Source: an uncultured delta proteobacterium (lineage in GTDB: Bacteria > Myxococcota > Myxococcia > Myxococcales > Myxococcaceae). Taken from it: DNA of 64,000 bases. Positions within the stretch are counted from its first letter, which is position 1. The number at the start of each line of letters is the position of its first letter. The stretch is from the NCBI GenBank assembly GCA_963771175.1, contig CAVYSY010000033.1, positions 522,293 through 586,292 on the forward strand, given 5' to 3'. Below are positions 50,761 through 61,551 of the stretch, piece by piece. A model generated the notes under the pieces. It worked only from the letters and a program-made list of their open reading frames with translations, was not told the DNA's origin and ran no database searches. A program made the position numbers and the translations under genes.

Positions 50761-52590
50761 GTGACTCGGCAGGTGAACCAGGTGGACATGGTGGACGGGA
50801 AGCAACAGGCAGCACTCACGAGACGCATCCTGTTGTTGCTGCTCGGGTCGAACATCCCCCTCACGCCATTCTCCACCTACGCGGCGAGCCTGTTCGTGGG
50901 ACTGGAGCGGCCCGAGGACGTACTCGCCGTCAAGGTCATGCTGGCCCTGGTGGTGGTGTTCAACGCCAGCCTGGTGCTCTTCCTGGTGCTCCGCTACCTG
51001 GTGCGGAGCACGTTCGCGCTCCGGCCCACGGATGAGAAGGGGGGCCGGCTCGAGCGCATCCTCAAGCTGCCCTTGCGCATCGCCTTCTTCTGCGTGCAAC
51101 TCACCTGGTTCCATGCCGGGGCCTGTTTCATGCTCGGCGTCTGCCTGATGACGGGACAGAGCCTCCAGGCGGTCATTCCCGTCACGGCCATCGCCACGGC
51201 CTTCGGCGTGCTGCTGACCTTCCCCGTCGTGCCCATCATCGAGCACTGGACGATGAAGCACGCCCTGGCGGAGCAGGAGCGCCTGGGCGGCAGGCACGCC
51301 ACCGGGAGCGGCTACTTCTGGCCCCGCCAGTCCTGGTACCAGCCGTACGCGGTGGCCAGCGCGTTGATGGCCACGCTCTTCCTGGCCGGGGTGGTGGTGG
51401 TCATCAAGGTCAGCCGCGTCCAGGAGCAGTTCGTCGAGAAGTTCGAGGCACAAGGCGCCACGCTCATGGCCGAGCAGATGCGTCAGGCCTCGGGGGCGCT
51501 CGTGCAGGAGCTGGGCCTGCCGTTCCTGGGCATCTTCGCGCTCGTCTTCATCTTCCCCACGCTGGTGGTGGGCTTGCAGGTGTGGCGGCAATCGCGGGCC
51601 ATGCACACGGTGCGCGAGGCCATCGAGGCGCTGGCCAGCGGGATGCCCAAGGCACCGGAGTGGGTCTCCACCGACGAGGCCGGGGACATGGCGGACGGCA
51701 TGAAGTCCGTGCTCGTCAAGCTCCGGGAGATTCCCCGCACGTTGCAGTCCTCGGTCAACCGCCTGTCCGAGGCGGGCACCAGCCTGAGCAGCGCGATCGA
51801 GCATCAGCGGCAGAGCCTCACCCACCAGGCCACCGCCCTCCAGGAGGCGCAGGTAACCTCCGAGGAGATCAAGCAGACCTCGGAGACGGCCTCCCAGAAG
51901 GCCGAGGCCGTGCTGACGGTGGCCGCGCGGGTGGAGGAGCTGGGTCACTCCGGCGAGAAGGCCCTGCAACAGAGCATCGAGGGACTCGACACCATCCGCC
52001 ACTTCGTGGATGGGATGCGCGACAAGGTGTCCCGGCTGGGGGACAGCACGCGGCAGATCGGCCTCATCACCACGACGGTGAAAGGCATCGCGGATCGCTC
52101 CAACATGCTGGCGCTCAACGCCTCCATCGAGGCCGTCCGCTCCGGAGAGCACGGCAAGGGCTTCGCCGTGGTCGCCCGGGAGATCCGTGGCATGGCCGAT
52201 CAGTCGCTCCAGGCGACGGGCCGCATCCGCGACATCCTCGAGGAGATCACCCTCGCCATCAACGACGCGGTGGTCATGGGCGAGCAGGGGGCCCAGCAGC
52301 TCGAGGACGGCATGCAGCGGATCAAGCGCTCCGGCGAGAACTTCCGCGAGGTGTCCGACATGGTCCAGCAGAGCACCACCAGCGTCCGGCAGATCTCCGC
52401 CACCGTCCGCCAGCAAAACGAGGGCGTCTCGCAGATCTTCACCGCCATCCGGCAGCTCTCCGTCATCATGGAAGAGACGGTCAGCCGGCTCGACTCGACC
52501 CAGCAGGCATCCCTGATGCTGAAGTCGGTATCGGATGAGGTGACCCGGCTCGGGCACGCCTACGAGCATCGGCAGCGGGTTGATGGATAG
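50761..52590 (+). CDS. Methyl-accepting chemotaxis protein with multi-TM sensor
   Basis: [34 protein letters not shown] hairpin; GTG after AAGGAGG. Confidence 0.92.
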   Translation: MTRQVNQVDMVDGKQQAALTRRILLLLLGSNIPLTPFSTYAASLFVGLERPEDVLAVKVMLALVVVFNASLVLFLVLRYLVRSTFALRPTDEKGGRLERILKLPLRIAFFCVQLTWFHAGACFMLGVCLMTGQSLQAVIPVTAIATAFGVLLTFPVVPIIEHWTMKHALAEQERLGGRHATGSGYFWPRQSWYQPYAVASALMATLFLAGVVVVIKVSRVQEQFVEKFEAQGATLMAEQMRQASGALVQELGLPFLGIFALVFIFPTLVVGLQVWRQSRAMHTVREAIEALASGMPKAPEWVSTDEAGDMADGMKSVLVKLREIPRTLQSSVNRLSEAGTSLSSAIEHQRQSLTHQATALQEAQVTSEEIKQTSETASQKAEAVLTVAARVEELGHSGEKALQQSIEGLDTIRHFVDGMRDKVSRLGDSTRQIGLITTTVKGIADRSNMLALNASIEAVRSGEHGKGFAVVAREIRGMADQSLQATGRIRDILEEITLAINDAVVMGEQGAQQLEDGMQRIKRSGENFREVSDMVQQSTTSVRQISATVRQQNEGVSQIFTAIRQLSVIMEETVSRLDSTQQASLMLKSVSDEVTRLGHAYEHRQRVDG

Positions 52591-52656
52591 ACCCCTCCCG
52601 CGGCCATCGGGCGAGCGCGCCGACTACCCGGCAATGGCCCGATGGGCCGGTCGCCC

Positions 52657-54544
52657 CTACCAGCCGCGCCCGACCGCCGCCGCCGCCCGATCCGCCCCCG
52701 CTGAAGCCGCCAGAGGAACTCGAGCTGAAGCCGCCGGAGGACCGGGAGCTGGTCGCGGTGGCGGTGGCCAGACCCGAGGCGAACTCGTTGGCGAAGCTCG
52801 TCACCCGGAAGCAGCAGGAGCAATGAGCCCCCTCGTACCAGTGGGCACGAACGCCTCCCCGGCCGCGATTTCGAGCCGCTCCGCGAACCGGTCTCCCAGC
52901 CCCAGGGCGACCGCATAGGCGAGGTGCCGCGCGTTCGCGTCCTCGCGGCAGAGGTCGACCCCTCCCGGAGGAGCACGCCGTAGGCCTCGATTTCGTCGAG
53001 GAGCCAGCGACCCTCGGGCGAGCGCTGCCGCAGCAGGAACAGGGAGGTGACCATCATCGCAATCGTCAGCGCCAGGTACGCCGCCGCCACCGGGCTCACT
53101 TGTGACCCCAGCATTCCGAGCACCACCGCCTCCCCGCCCCCGCGAACGGCACCGCCATGATCGAGCTCACGAGCGCCTTCAGGAAACTCGCTCCACCGGC
53201 CGCCCACCACCGCCTTCCACCCGGACCACGCCGAGAGGAGCAAAAAAGCCCACCCCACGGTCCAGCCCGAGAGCCACGCGGGAGGAAGATCCCCACGGCC
53301 GCGAGGCCACCGCCCCAGCCGACGATGAGCGCGGCCACGTACGCCGCCACGGCCACCAGGGTGCCGGGAACCAGGTACTTGCCGTTCGAGCGGAAATGCC
53401 GGCCCGCGTGGGCGAGCTTCGAAATCGCCCTCGAGCGCCTCCAGCGCGGCCTGCAGCACCGCCCGCCCCTCCCGCGAGACCTCCACCGAGTTGCCCGGGA
53501 GAAGAGTTTCCGCAGCAACGTCCGCTCGTCCCGTCCCAGCGTGCCCCGCGCCTCCCGCTCCATGCGCATGAGCCGGAAGTCTCCGGAGCCCTCCTCGATG
53601 CGCACGAGCCCCTTCGAGGCGAGCCCCAGCAGGGCGGCGGTGAAGCAGGACTCGTCGAACCCCATCTGGGTGAGGTAGCGCACGGCGCCCGGCGACAGCT
53701 CCTCGGGCGGCTCCTGCCGGGCCGGAAGCTCGCGCCCGACGGGGTCACGCCCCCACCCTCCACCAGACGAGCAGGTGCACGAGCAGGGCGAGCAGCAGCG
53801 CACCGACGAGGAGCAGCTCGCCCTGGTTGTCTGTGGGCGCACGCCGGAATCGAGCGCCTCGCGCTCGCCCAATCGCGCCACCAGCCCGGCCGGCCAGCGC
53901 ACCCCGCACGGTGAGCCCCTCGCCCGGCTCGAAGCGCCGCGTGGAGAGGACCTCCACGGGCGCCTCGCCCCCGCGAGACACCGGTGAAATCGGCGCCCGA
54001 CGCCCCGCCGTCCCCGGTCCACGCCTCCACCGGGAGCGCCTCCTCGGCCACCGGCCCGGGCAGGCGCAGGACGAAGCGCGCGCGCTCGATGGGAAACGCC
54101 CACTCGTTGCCGGTCACGTCCCAGTTCAGCTCATCGAGGGCGTCGCGCGCATGCAGCACGCCGGTGAGCCGGTAGCGGATACTCCCAGGTGTGGGCGCCC
54201 GCCTCCACGGTCGCGTCCGCGCTGCCGATCCGCAGCCGCACGCCCCGATGACCAGTCTTGGGTGACCGCCTCCGGAGCCCCGTCGCGCCGCACCGAGATC
54301 AGCTCGAAGCCCAGCGTCCGCCGCAGCCCCCATTCGGTCTCCATCGTCGGGATGTCCCGCTCGATCCCGTGCTCTATCATCGCGCCGACGACGCTGAAGC
54401 AGTGTCTCCGTCACCTCGATCGGGGGCGTCGGGCGCCACGGTCACTTGCGATTCGAACGAGGTGATGCGGTCACTCGCGTCGTCCTGGGCGAACGCGGGA
54501 ACGGCGAGAGCGACGAGGATCGGAACGAGCAAGGCGCGGAGCAT
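52657..54544 (-). pseudogene. DUF2207 membrane protein, many frameshifts
   Basis: Signal peptide + ITSFESQVTV, HGIERDIP, ELNWDVTGNEWAFPI, PPEELSPG, C-terminal SSSSGGFSGGGSGGGGG..W; spread across many frames. Confidence 0.75.
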
Positions 54545-55066
54545 CCGCCGATCGTAGCGAGAAGACCACCCGCGCGGGAGGATCCGAGCGGGCTCAGCCC
54601 CGACATAAGAGCCCCCATTCGCCCTATACTCCAATGCCACGGCCCGCCACCTGACAGGCCTTGCACGTAGAGCAGTGCTGGCACCTGTGCGAGGTAGGTA
54701 TGTCTGAGTGGCACTTCGTGCGCGGGGTCTCGTACGAAAGCCAATGTCAGACCGGTTTTGTACAAGGCTCGACACCATCACTCGGAACACAACGCTCGGG
54801 CGCTCCGCGCTCCGGGGACTTGGGCTCGGGAGAATCTTTCGCGCTCCGGGCATGAGCCACATCACTCGCTGACCGGAGAGCCACCGATGGACATCCTTGA
54901 GCAGTTGTATCTCGCCGAGATGGGCAAGCAGCCCGTGGAGGCGTCGGTGCGCGAGCTGCCGGGCGCTCCCAGGCCACCTCCCCGATCGCATCCATCTCGC
55001 CGCCGCGATGCGTGTCTCCGCCGAGGCCGCCGCGCAGCCCGCTTTCGTGCCGTGCTCCAGGCCCCC

Positions 55067-56414
55067 CTATCGGGCGGAGGAGGACTTCTCCGTCATGGCG
55101 GACCAGGCGATGTCGATGTCCCGCTCCGTGGTCCTCCAGTTGGAGATGGCAGCCCGGATGCCGTGCACCCCGTCGTAGACGGTCGGAGTGAGGAACACCC
55201 GGCCGTCATCCCGAAGCCGGTCCAGAAACGCCCGGACCTCCTCCAGGGAGGGCCCACGCTCCGGCCGCCGCAAGGTGAAACAGGCGATGTTGAGGCGCAC
55301 GGGAGCCAGCAACCTGAAGGCCTCGGAGCCCTCGATGCGCGAACCCAGCAGGCGCGCGAGCTGGCAATTGCGCTCGATGATGTCCCGGTACCCCGTGCGC
55401 CCGTAGGCCATGAGGGTGAGCCACGCGGGGAGTGCCCGGAAGCGGCGGGAGTTCTCCGGCCCCATGTCCGCGAAGGACGGCATGCCCTGTCTCACGTCGA
55501 GGTAGGCGGCGCCGTTCCGGAAGACCTCGTGCAGCAGCTCCGGGTGGCGGGTGAACTGCAGGGCCGAGTCATACGGCACGTTCAGCCACTTGTGCGCATC
55601 GACGGTGAGGGAGTCCGCCAGCTCCAGGCCGCGGGTCAGATGCGCGAGCTCGGGCGAGCACGCCGCGAATCCTCCAAAGGCGCCGTCGATGTGAAGCCAG
55701 AAGGGATGGCGCTCCTTGAGCCGGCCGATCGCCTCCAGGTCATCATAGTCCCCGGTATTCACCGTGCCGGCACTCGCCACGACGATGCACGGCTCTCCCC
55801 CGAGTCCTTCCAGGCGGGCCCGGAGCGCGTCGAGGTCCACGGACTCCCGGCCCGGGAGGCAGGGCACCTTCACCAGGCAGCCGCGTCCCATGCCGAGCAT
55901 GGACAGGGCCTTGAGCGTGCTCGAGTGGGGAACGGCGCTCAGGACGGGAATCGGCTTCATCCCGTACAGGCCGTCCTGCGCCACGTCCACACCGCGCCGC
56001 CGGGCCACCCACTGTCTCGCGCTGGCCAACCCGACGAAGTTCGACAGGGTGGCGCCCGAGACGAAGCTGCCGAAGAAGCTCTCGGGCAGGCCCAGGAGCT
56101 GGCGCAGCAGCTTCAGCGTCTCCAGCTCCACCTGCGGCGCGGCGGAGCTCCCCGGGCTGAACGGGTTCAGATCCAGCGCGCTCGCCATCCAGTCCCCCGC
56201 CGGGAGGCCGGGGTGGAGCCCCCCCTGCACGAAGCCGAAATAGCGGGGACCCGTGCTGCCTCCCATCGCCCTTCCATGTCGCGCCAGGAAGAGATTGAAG
56301 GCCTGCTCGGCTCCCATCCCCTCCGAAGGCAGCTCCAGCGGCGCCTTCTCGCTGGCCTTCACCGCCGCTGGCAGACGGTCGAGCTCCCCGAGCCATCATC
56401 AATGTCTTGTCCAT
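55067..56414 (-). CDS. PLP-dependent group II (aromatic amino acid/glutamate-type) decarboxylase; N-terminus broken
   Basis: PRYFGFV, FVSGATLSN, HSS, AGTVNTG, HIDGAFG, DAHKWL; ATG 56414 is out of frame with the body. Confidence 0.85.
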
Positions 56415-56585
56415 GGCCGCTCCTCTAGTGGATGCGGGCTCCACCAGGCCACGATCGGTACTCCTGACACACCGCCTCTCGCGCTCGTGACACTGTCGAA
56501 AATTTTCCCTGAAAATTCTTTGAGTCAAAACGTTCGCCACGAGCCCGGCTCCAGCTCTTTGACATCTCAGGAACGGGAACTCGCA

Positions 56586-56615
56586 TTGACGCGGCGAGGC
56601 GCGACGTGCTATACA
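56586..56615 (+). promoter_or_regulatory. Candidate sigma-70 promoter of the MATE operon
   Basis: TTGACG-18 bp-TATACA with TG extended -10. Confidence 0.55.
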
Positions 56616-56769
56616 AATGTTCAGTCCAAGAACAGACGCCATGCTCCGTGGTGGCACACGTGGCCACCACTTGGAGCAAGCAATGGAGTCATCACCTGCG
56701 GTGGTGACCGCCGATACCAGTGCAGCACGGTCCTGAGCAGCCGTCATACGGCGAGGTGGGGGTGTATCG

Positions 56770-58119
56770 ATGAGCAGATTTCAATCCATCGGTGCGCTGG
56801 TCCGCTTCGCCGTTCCGGCCACCGTGGTGATGTTGTTGTCGGGTTTGTTCCTGGTAGTCGATACATACTTCATCGCCCGCCTCGGGACGACGGAGCTCGC
56901 CGGAGCCACGCTTGTCTTTCCCGTATATATGATCCTGCTCACCGCACTGGGGGGAGGGATTGGCATTGGAATCTCCGCGGTCATCTCACGGCGGCTCGGG
57001 AGGGGCGGAGTGGAAGAGGCCCAGGCCTGCGTGGGCACCTGCCTCGGGCTGGGCCTGCTCGTGGCTGTCTGTTTCTCGGTGCTCTACCTCCTACTGGGTG
57101 AGAGCATTCTCCGGAGGGCGAGCCCGGAGCCGGCGCTGGTGAAGGCCGCGCTGGACTTCTCCCTGCCGCTCTTCCTGGGCAGTCCCATCCTGGGTTTCTC
57201 GCTCACCGTGACCAACATGCTGCGCTCCGAGCGCAACCTGGTGGTCCCCACGGTGATGATGCTGGTGGGCGGAGGGGTGAACGCGGTGTCGGCCCCGGTG
57301 CTGATGTTCGGGCTGGGGCCGCTCCCGGCACTCGGACTGAAGGGCGCGGGTTGGGCCACGGTGCTGGGCTTCGTGGCCTCGAGCCTGATTGGCGCCTGGG
57401 TCATGACGGGACGGTCCCGTCTCTCCATCCGCCCCTCGCGGCTGCGATGGGAATGGGAAGCCGCACGGGAGATCATCCGGATCGCAATGCCCACCATCCT
57501 CACCTACGTGGTGAATAACGTCACATACATGCTGCTCACCGTCTGCTGGGCCCATTTCGGGACGGAAGCGGTGGCGGGCTACGGGCTGGCCAGCCGGTTC
57601 GAGTACGTGCTCATCCTCACCCTCTATGGGCTGGGGAGCGCGGTGGTGACGCTGGGTGGAGAGGAATTGGGAGCCGGCAACCTCGAGGGCTTCCGCCGTG
57701 TGGTTCGCACCGCGGGGGGACTCGCGGCCGGGTTGGTGGGCGTGGCGGCGCTGCCGTTGTTCGTCCTTCCGGAGGCGTGGTTCTCCCTCTTCCGAGCGGA
57801 GCGGGCGGTGATGGTCGCGGGCGGGGACTACTTCCGGGTGGTGGCGCTGACCTACCCCCTCTACGCGCTCGGCCTCATGTATAACTATGCCTACCAGACG
57901 CTGGCCCTGGCGGAGTGGGGGCTGATGTTCGGCTTCTCCCGCGTGACATTGATTGCGTTGCCCGGAGTGGGGCTGGCCGTCTGGGCCGATTGGCCCGCCG
58001 GGTTCGCCGCCGGGGCCATCGCGGCCTCCTTCGCCCTCTATGGGCTGCTTTCCTTCACCCTGTTCCCTCTGGCCCTCCACTCGAGAGCCTCCGGCGCGAC
58101 CGCGCCGGCCCATGGATGA
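56770..58119 (+). CDS. MATE-family efflux transporter
   Basis: VDTYFIARLG, GLKGAGWAT, AVAGYG; ~12 TM. Confidence 0.9.
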   Translation: MSRFQSIGALVRFAVPATVVMLLSGLFLVVDTYFIARLGTTELAGATLVFPVYMILLTALGGGIGIGISAVISRRLGRGGVEEAQACVGTCLGLGLLVAVCFSVLYLLLGESILRRASPEPALVKAALDFSLPLFLGSPILGFSLTVTNMLRSERNLVVPTVMMLVGGGVNAVSAPVLMFGLGPLPALGLKGAGWATVLGFVASSLIGAWVMTGRSRLSIRPSRLRWEWEAAREIIRIAMPTILTYVVNNVTYMLLTVCWAHFGTEAVAGYGLASRFEYVLILTLYGLGSAVVTLGGEELGAGNLEGFRRVVRTAGGLAAGLVGVAALPLFVLPEAWFSLFRAERAVMVAGGDYFRVVALTYPLYALGLMYNYAYQTLALAEWGLMFGFSRVTLIALPGVGLAVWADWPAGFAAGAIAASFALYGLLSFTLFPLALHSRASGATAPAHG

Positions 58120-58125
58120 TCGAGC

Positions 58126-59199
58126 ATGCCATCCCCCTATCCCTGGCATTACACCATCCGGTGGCCGCTCTACTTCTACCGCCCCTCCGTCTGGAACCGT
58201 ACCGGCCTCGGACGGCGCCCGCTCGAGCACACCTTCGCGTCCGACCCGCGGGACAAACCGCTGCGGTTGATCTTCCTCGGAGACATCATGTCCCTGCACG
58301 GGGACCGGATCTCCCGCGTGGATCCGGCCATCTCCGAGTTGCTCTCTGGCGCGGACCTGGTGATTGGCAACTGTGAGGCGCCGGTGATGCACCGCCCGCT
58401 CAGCCGGGAGAGCCGTCACGGGTTCGTGTTCAACATGTCGCACGAATACCTGCGGGGAATCGTGGAGCAGTTCGGGGTGAAGCCGGGGCGGCTCATGCTC
58501 TCGGTGGCCAACAACCACACCTTCGATCAGGGCGAGGCCGGCTACCTCTCCACCCAGGAGCGCTTCGCCGAGCTGGGAATCCAGCCGCTCGGTTTGTGGA
58601 ATGGAGGCGTGTCGCCGGTGGTGCGGGTGGAGGTGGAGGGCATGGCGGTGGGGGTGGTGGCGTGGACGCACTGGATGAACATCGAGCCGCCGCGTGCGGA
58701 TCCGGGAGTGTGGCGGAACACGCACCTGGAGGGACTGGACGCGGAGGAGCTGAAGCGGCGCCACAACCTGGACCTGGTGGTGGCCTTCCCTCACTGGGAA
58801 TACGAGTTCCAGCACTTCCCGCACCGCGCCACCCGTGAGCTGGCACGGCAGCTCAACACGCGCAACTTCAAGCTGATCGTCGGCTGTCACCCGCATGTGC
58901 TCCAGCCGATGGAGTGGTTCGAGGATGGGATCTGCGCCTACAGCCTGGGCAACTTCTGCGGCCTGGGCGTGGCCTGGGCGGTGAAGCTCATCTCCCTGCT
59001 CGAGGTGCACGTGGGGACCCGGGGAGCCAACCGCGGCCGGGTGATGGGTTACAAGCTGCACCCCTTCATCCAACTCCACGAGGGGGAGCGGATCTCCCTG
59101 GTGCCACTGGAGAAGACGCCCGCCGCGAAGCGGGCGGCATGGAAGCAGCGGCTCGGGCTCGTCTACGAGCCGCTGGAGCGGGCAGCGGAAACGGCCTGA
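58126..59199 (+). CDS. CapA-like metallophosphoesterase
   Basis: GDIM, GNCE, ANNHTFDQG, PHW, GCHPHVLQ, YSLGNF; no evident signal peptide. Confidence 0.85.
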   Translation: MPSPYPWHYTIRWPLYFYRPSVWNRTGLGRRPLEHTFASDPRDKPLRLIFLGDIMSLHGDRISRVDPAISELLSGADLVIGNCEAPVMHRPLSRESRHGFVFNMSHEYLRGIVEQFGVKPGRLMLSVANNHTFDQGEAGYLSTQERFAELGIQPLGLWNGGVSPVVRVEVEGMAVGVVAWTHWMNIEPPRADPGVWRNTHLEGLDAEELKRRHNLDLVVAFPHWEYEFQHFPHRATRELARQLNTRNFKLIVGCHPHVLQPMEWFEDGICAYSLGNFCGLGVAWAVKLISLLEVHVGTRGANRGRVMGYKLHPFIQLHEGERISLVPLEKTPAAKRAAWKQRLGLVYEPLERAAETA

Positions 59200-59268
59200 G
59201 CCGCCAGGATTTTCAAATGGAGCGCACTCGCCAGAGGCAGGGCACCGACCTGCCCTGAGGGGAACAAC

Positions 59269-60099
59269 GTGAGTCAGACAAAACATCTGGCCGCTTCGCT
59301 CGAAGCGGTCACGGGAGAGGTGTTGCCTTCAGAGGGCGGTCACCCGCCGCCGCGAGCCGTTGCACCCGTACGCCAGGGTGAGAGCCGCCGGGAGCGGTGG
59401 GTCCATGCACTCTTGCAGGGATTGGCCAACTTCGTGGTGCAGAAGCCCCGCACGGAGAAGCTGCGCTTCGGGTGGGTGAAGAGTCCAGAGGAGCTCGCGG
59501 CGGTGGGCCAGATGCGCCTCCGGGTGTACCAGGCGAAGCTGCCCTACCTGCTCCGGGAACTCTCCGAGGACGGGACCGACTCCTACGACGCCAACTCCTT
59601 CGTCTTCGCGGTCTGGCGGGGGGAGCAGGTGGTGGCCACCCTCCGTGCCACCCGCTACCCCTACGAGACGCTGCGGTACGTGCCCGAGCCGGAGCTCTCC
59701 CGCTGGTTGGAGAGAGGCTGGAACACCGACTACCTCGAGTGGGGGCGACTGCTGGTGGATACCTCCCCGGGCGTCAACCGGCTCACCCCGGCGCTGCTCT
59801 CCTACGCCGGCCTGCATCTGTTCTGGCTCACGTCCTACCGCAAGTACCTCGGCTATTTCCGGCCCCATGTGCGTCAGGCTTTCAGCGGCTTCCGGATGGG
59901 AGGGAATCTCCTCAGCTTCAAGATTCCCCATCGGGGTGAGCACTCGTACCTGCTCTTCAAGGGAGATTTCCTCGCGGGCGTGCTGTTCGCCGCACCGCGC
60001 TGGCTGGGTACCGTGATGCGTGGGCTCCTGAGCGCCGCACGCGGTCCCGGCCGTGAACATCGCAAGTCCGTGACACTCGAGAATCAGGTGCGGGAGTGA
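59269..60099 (+). CDS. GNAT-fold N-acyltransferase (N-acyl amino acid synthase/LuxI-like)
   Basis: R..VY, DSYD, VATLR, EWGRLLV pattern. Confidence 0.6.
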   Translation: MSQTKHLAASLEAVTGEVLPSEGGHPPPRAVAPVRQGESRRERWVHALLQGLANFVVQKPRTEKLRFGWVKSPEELAAVGQMRLRVYQAKLPYLLRELSEDGTDSYDANSFVFAVWRGEQVVATLRATRYPYETLRYVPEPELSRWLERGWNTDYLEWGRLLVDTSPGVNRLTPALLSYAGLHLFWLTSYRKYLGYFRPHVRQAFSGFRMGGNLLSFKIPHRGEHSYLLFKGDFLAGVLFAAPRWLGTVMRGLLSAARGPGREHRKSVTLENQVRE

Positions 60100-60149
60100 G
60101 ACCTCCCGGCACCCAACCCCCATCACCCGCTGCAACCAGGAGATACACC

Positions 60150-60926
60150 ATGTCGCAAGCCATGAATCCCGAGTTCCGTACCAAGGTCGACGCGCTCCTC
60201 GATTCGATGATCGAGACCATCTACAAGACCGTCCCGGCGGTGCGTTATCTCGCCAGCTCCAATCAGGTGGATGTGGAGCTGTTCAAGCGCCACACCATCG
60301 AGACGATCCTCCGCATCCGCCTGGCGCGTATCGCCGACAGCAAGGCGATCTACCTGTTCACCAAGAACGATCCGGTGGCCGCGCACAAGTGGGCCAAGTA
60401 CATGGAGGAGGAGATGCTGCACGACAAGCTCTTCCTCAAGGACCTGAAGAACGTCGGAATGGAGGAGGAGCAGGTCTACGGCACGGAGCCGCTGCTGGCG
60501 ACCAAGCTGCTGCAGGGTTACCTCTACTACACGATGGAGCACGAGGGGCCTCGTGGCCTCATCACCAAGTCGTATTTCGTCGAGTACACCACCCGCAAGA
60601 CGCAGGGCGCCTGGAACGAGAACGTCAAGCGCTCGCTGGGTGACAAGGCGGTGCGTGGGGCCGAGGCACACCTCAGCTACGACGTGGACGAGGACCACTC
60701 GACCGACGTGTGGAACGTGCTGATGACGACGGTGAAGAGCAAGGAGGACGAGGAGCGCGTGCTCTCTCACCTCCAGGTCTACTTCGGCCTGTTCAGCGCG
60801 TACTTCAACGAGCTGGCGAGCAAGATGAAGTCCGACCTGGTCCCCAACTTCAGCGGCGTCGCGAACACGGTGGTGCTCAGCGCGCACGGGGCCCAGAAGG
60901 AGGCGTCCAACGCCGCCAAGGCGTGA
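60150..60926 (+). CDS. Heme-oxygenase-like (TenA/PqqC/CADD superfamily) putative diiron enzyme
   Basis: Helical protein with EEEMLHD, YFVEY and HLSYDVDEDH metal-ligand-like motifs; AGGAG RBS. Confidence 0.65.
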   Translation: MSQAMNPEFRTKVDALLDSMIETIYKTVPAVRYLASSNQVDVELFKRHTIETILRIRLARIADSKAIYLFTKNDPVAAHKWAKYMEEEMLHDKLFLKDLKNVGMEEEQVYGTEPLLATKLLQGYLYYTMEHEGPRGLITKSYFVEYTTRKTQGAWNENVKRSLGDKAVRGAEAHLSYDVDEDHSTDVWNVLMTTVKSKEDEERVLSHLQVYFGLFSAYFNELASKMKSDLVPNFSGVANTVVLSAHGAQKEASNAAKA

Positions 60927-61129
60927 CGCAGCAGCCCTCTCGAAGCGACGTCTCGACAGCGGGGGCTTCGGCGACGGGCATGAACTGTGGGAGCCACGCG
61001 TGGACGGCATGGAGCGCGTGGCTCCCCTGTTCCCCCAAACGGAAACGTGCGACTCGCCTCACCGACCTGGTGAAGCAGGGCGCGAACGTGAGGTTAGATT
61101 GCGCCGACGTCTCCAAACCGCCCGCAGCG

Positions 61130-61424
61130 AGACCTGCGGCGACGCCGAGGTGGGGATCATGTCCGGCCGCGACGCCAACCCGAATCACTCCTGAGCACGA
61201 CCGGCACCGCTCCACCGTCCGGATGGCGGAGATCTCCGGATGATCGCCGAGGCGGGAGAGACGAACGACTTCTACATGGTGCCGCGCAACGACAACTGGC
61301 GGCGAGAGGGCCTGCGCCTCCTGCGTGAGGACGTCCGTGCCCCCAGGGGCATCATCGACCGTCGCTCAATCCGCCGTCGATGACGCTGCTGCTCGGCCCC
61401 GCCGGCACCCTCACCCCGCTCCAC
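61130..61424 (+). pseudogene. Cupin/JmjC-like dioxygenase internal fragment
   Basis: Across frames: GDAEV.IMSGRDANP, ETNDFYMVPRNDNW, TLLLGPAGTLTPLH. Confidence 0.6.
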
Positions 61425-61487
61425 AACACTGACTTCGCCACGCACGAGCAGGCCCGGCTGGAGCTCTTCGAGTACATCGAGGTCTTC
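61422..61487 (+). mobile_element. IS3-family transposase C-terminal fragment
   Basis: HNTDFATHEQARLELFEYIEVF resembles the F.T...AR...FEYIEVFYN integrase-core tail. Confidence 0.6.
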
Positions 61488-61551
61488 TCCTCGTCCCCTA
61501 CGAGTCCTGGGCTAGACTGCCTGAAATCCCAGGACTGTGGAGTCGAGCCCC

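Noticed and set aside
54887..55066. Short reading frame MDILEQLYLAEMGKQ... after a GGAG
   Set aside because: Runs into the antisense of the decarboxylase and has no recognisable family; at most a remnant
58126..59199. Poly-gamma-glutamate capsule locus
   Set aside because: No capB/capC homologues in the window; the CapA-like domain alone does not support it
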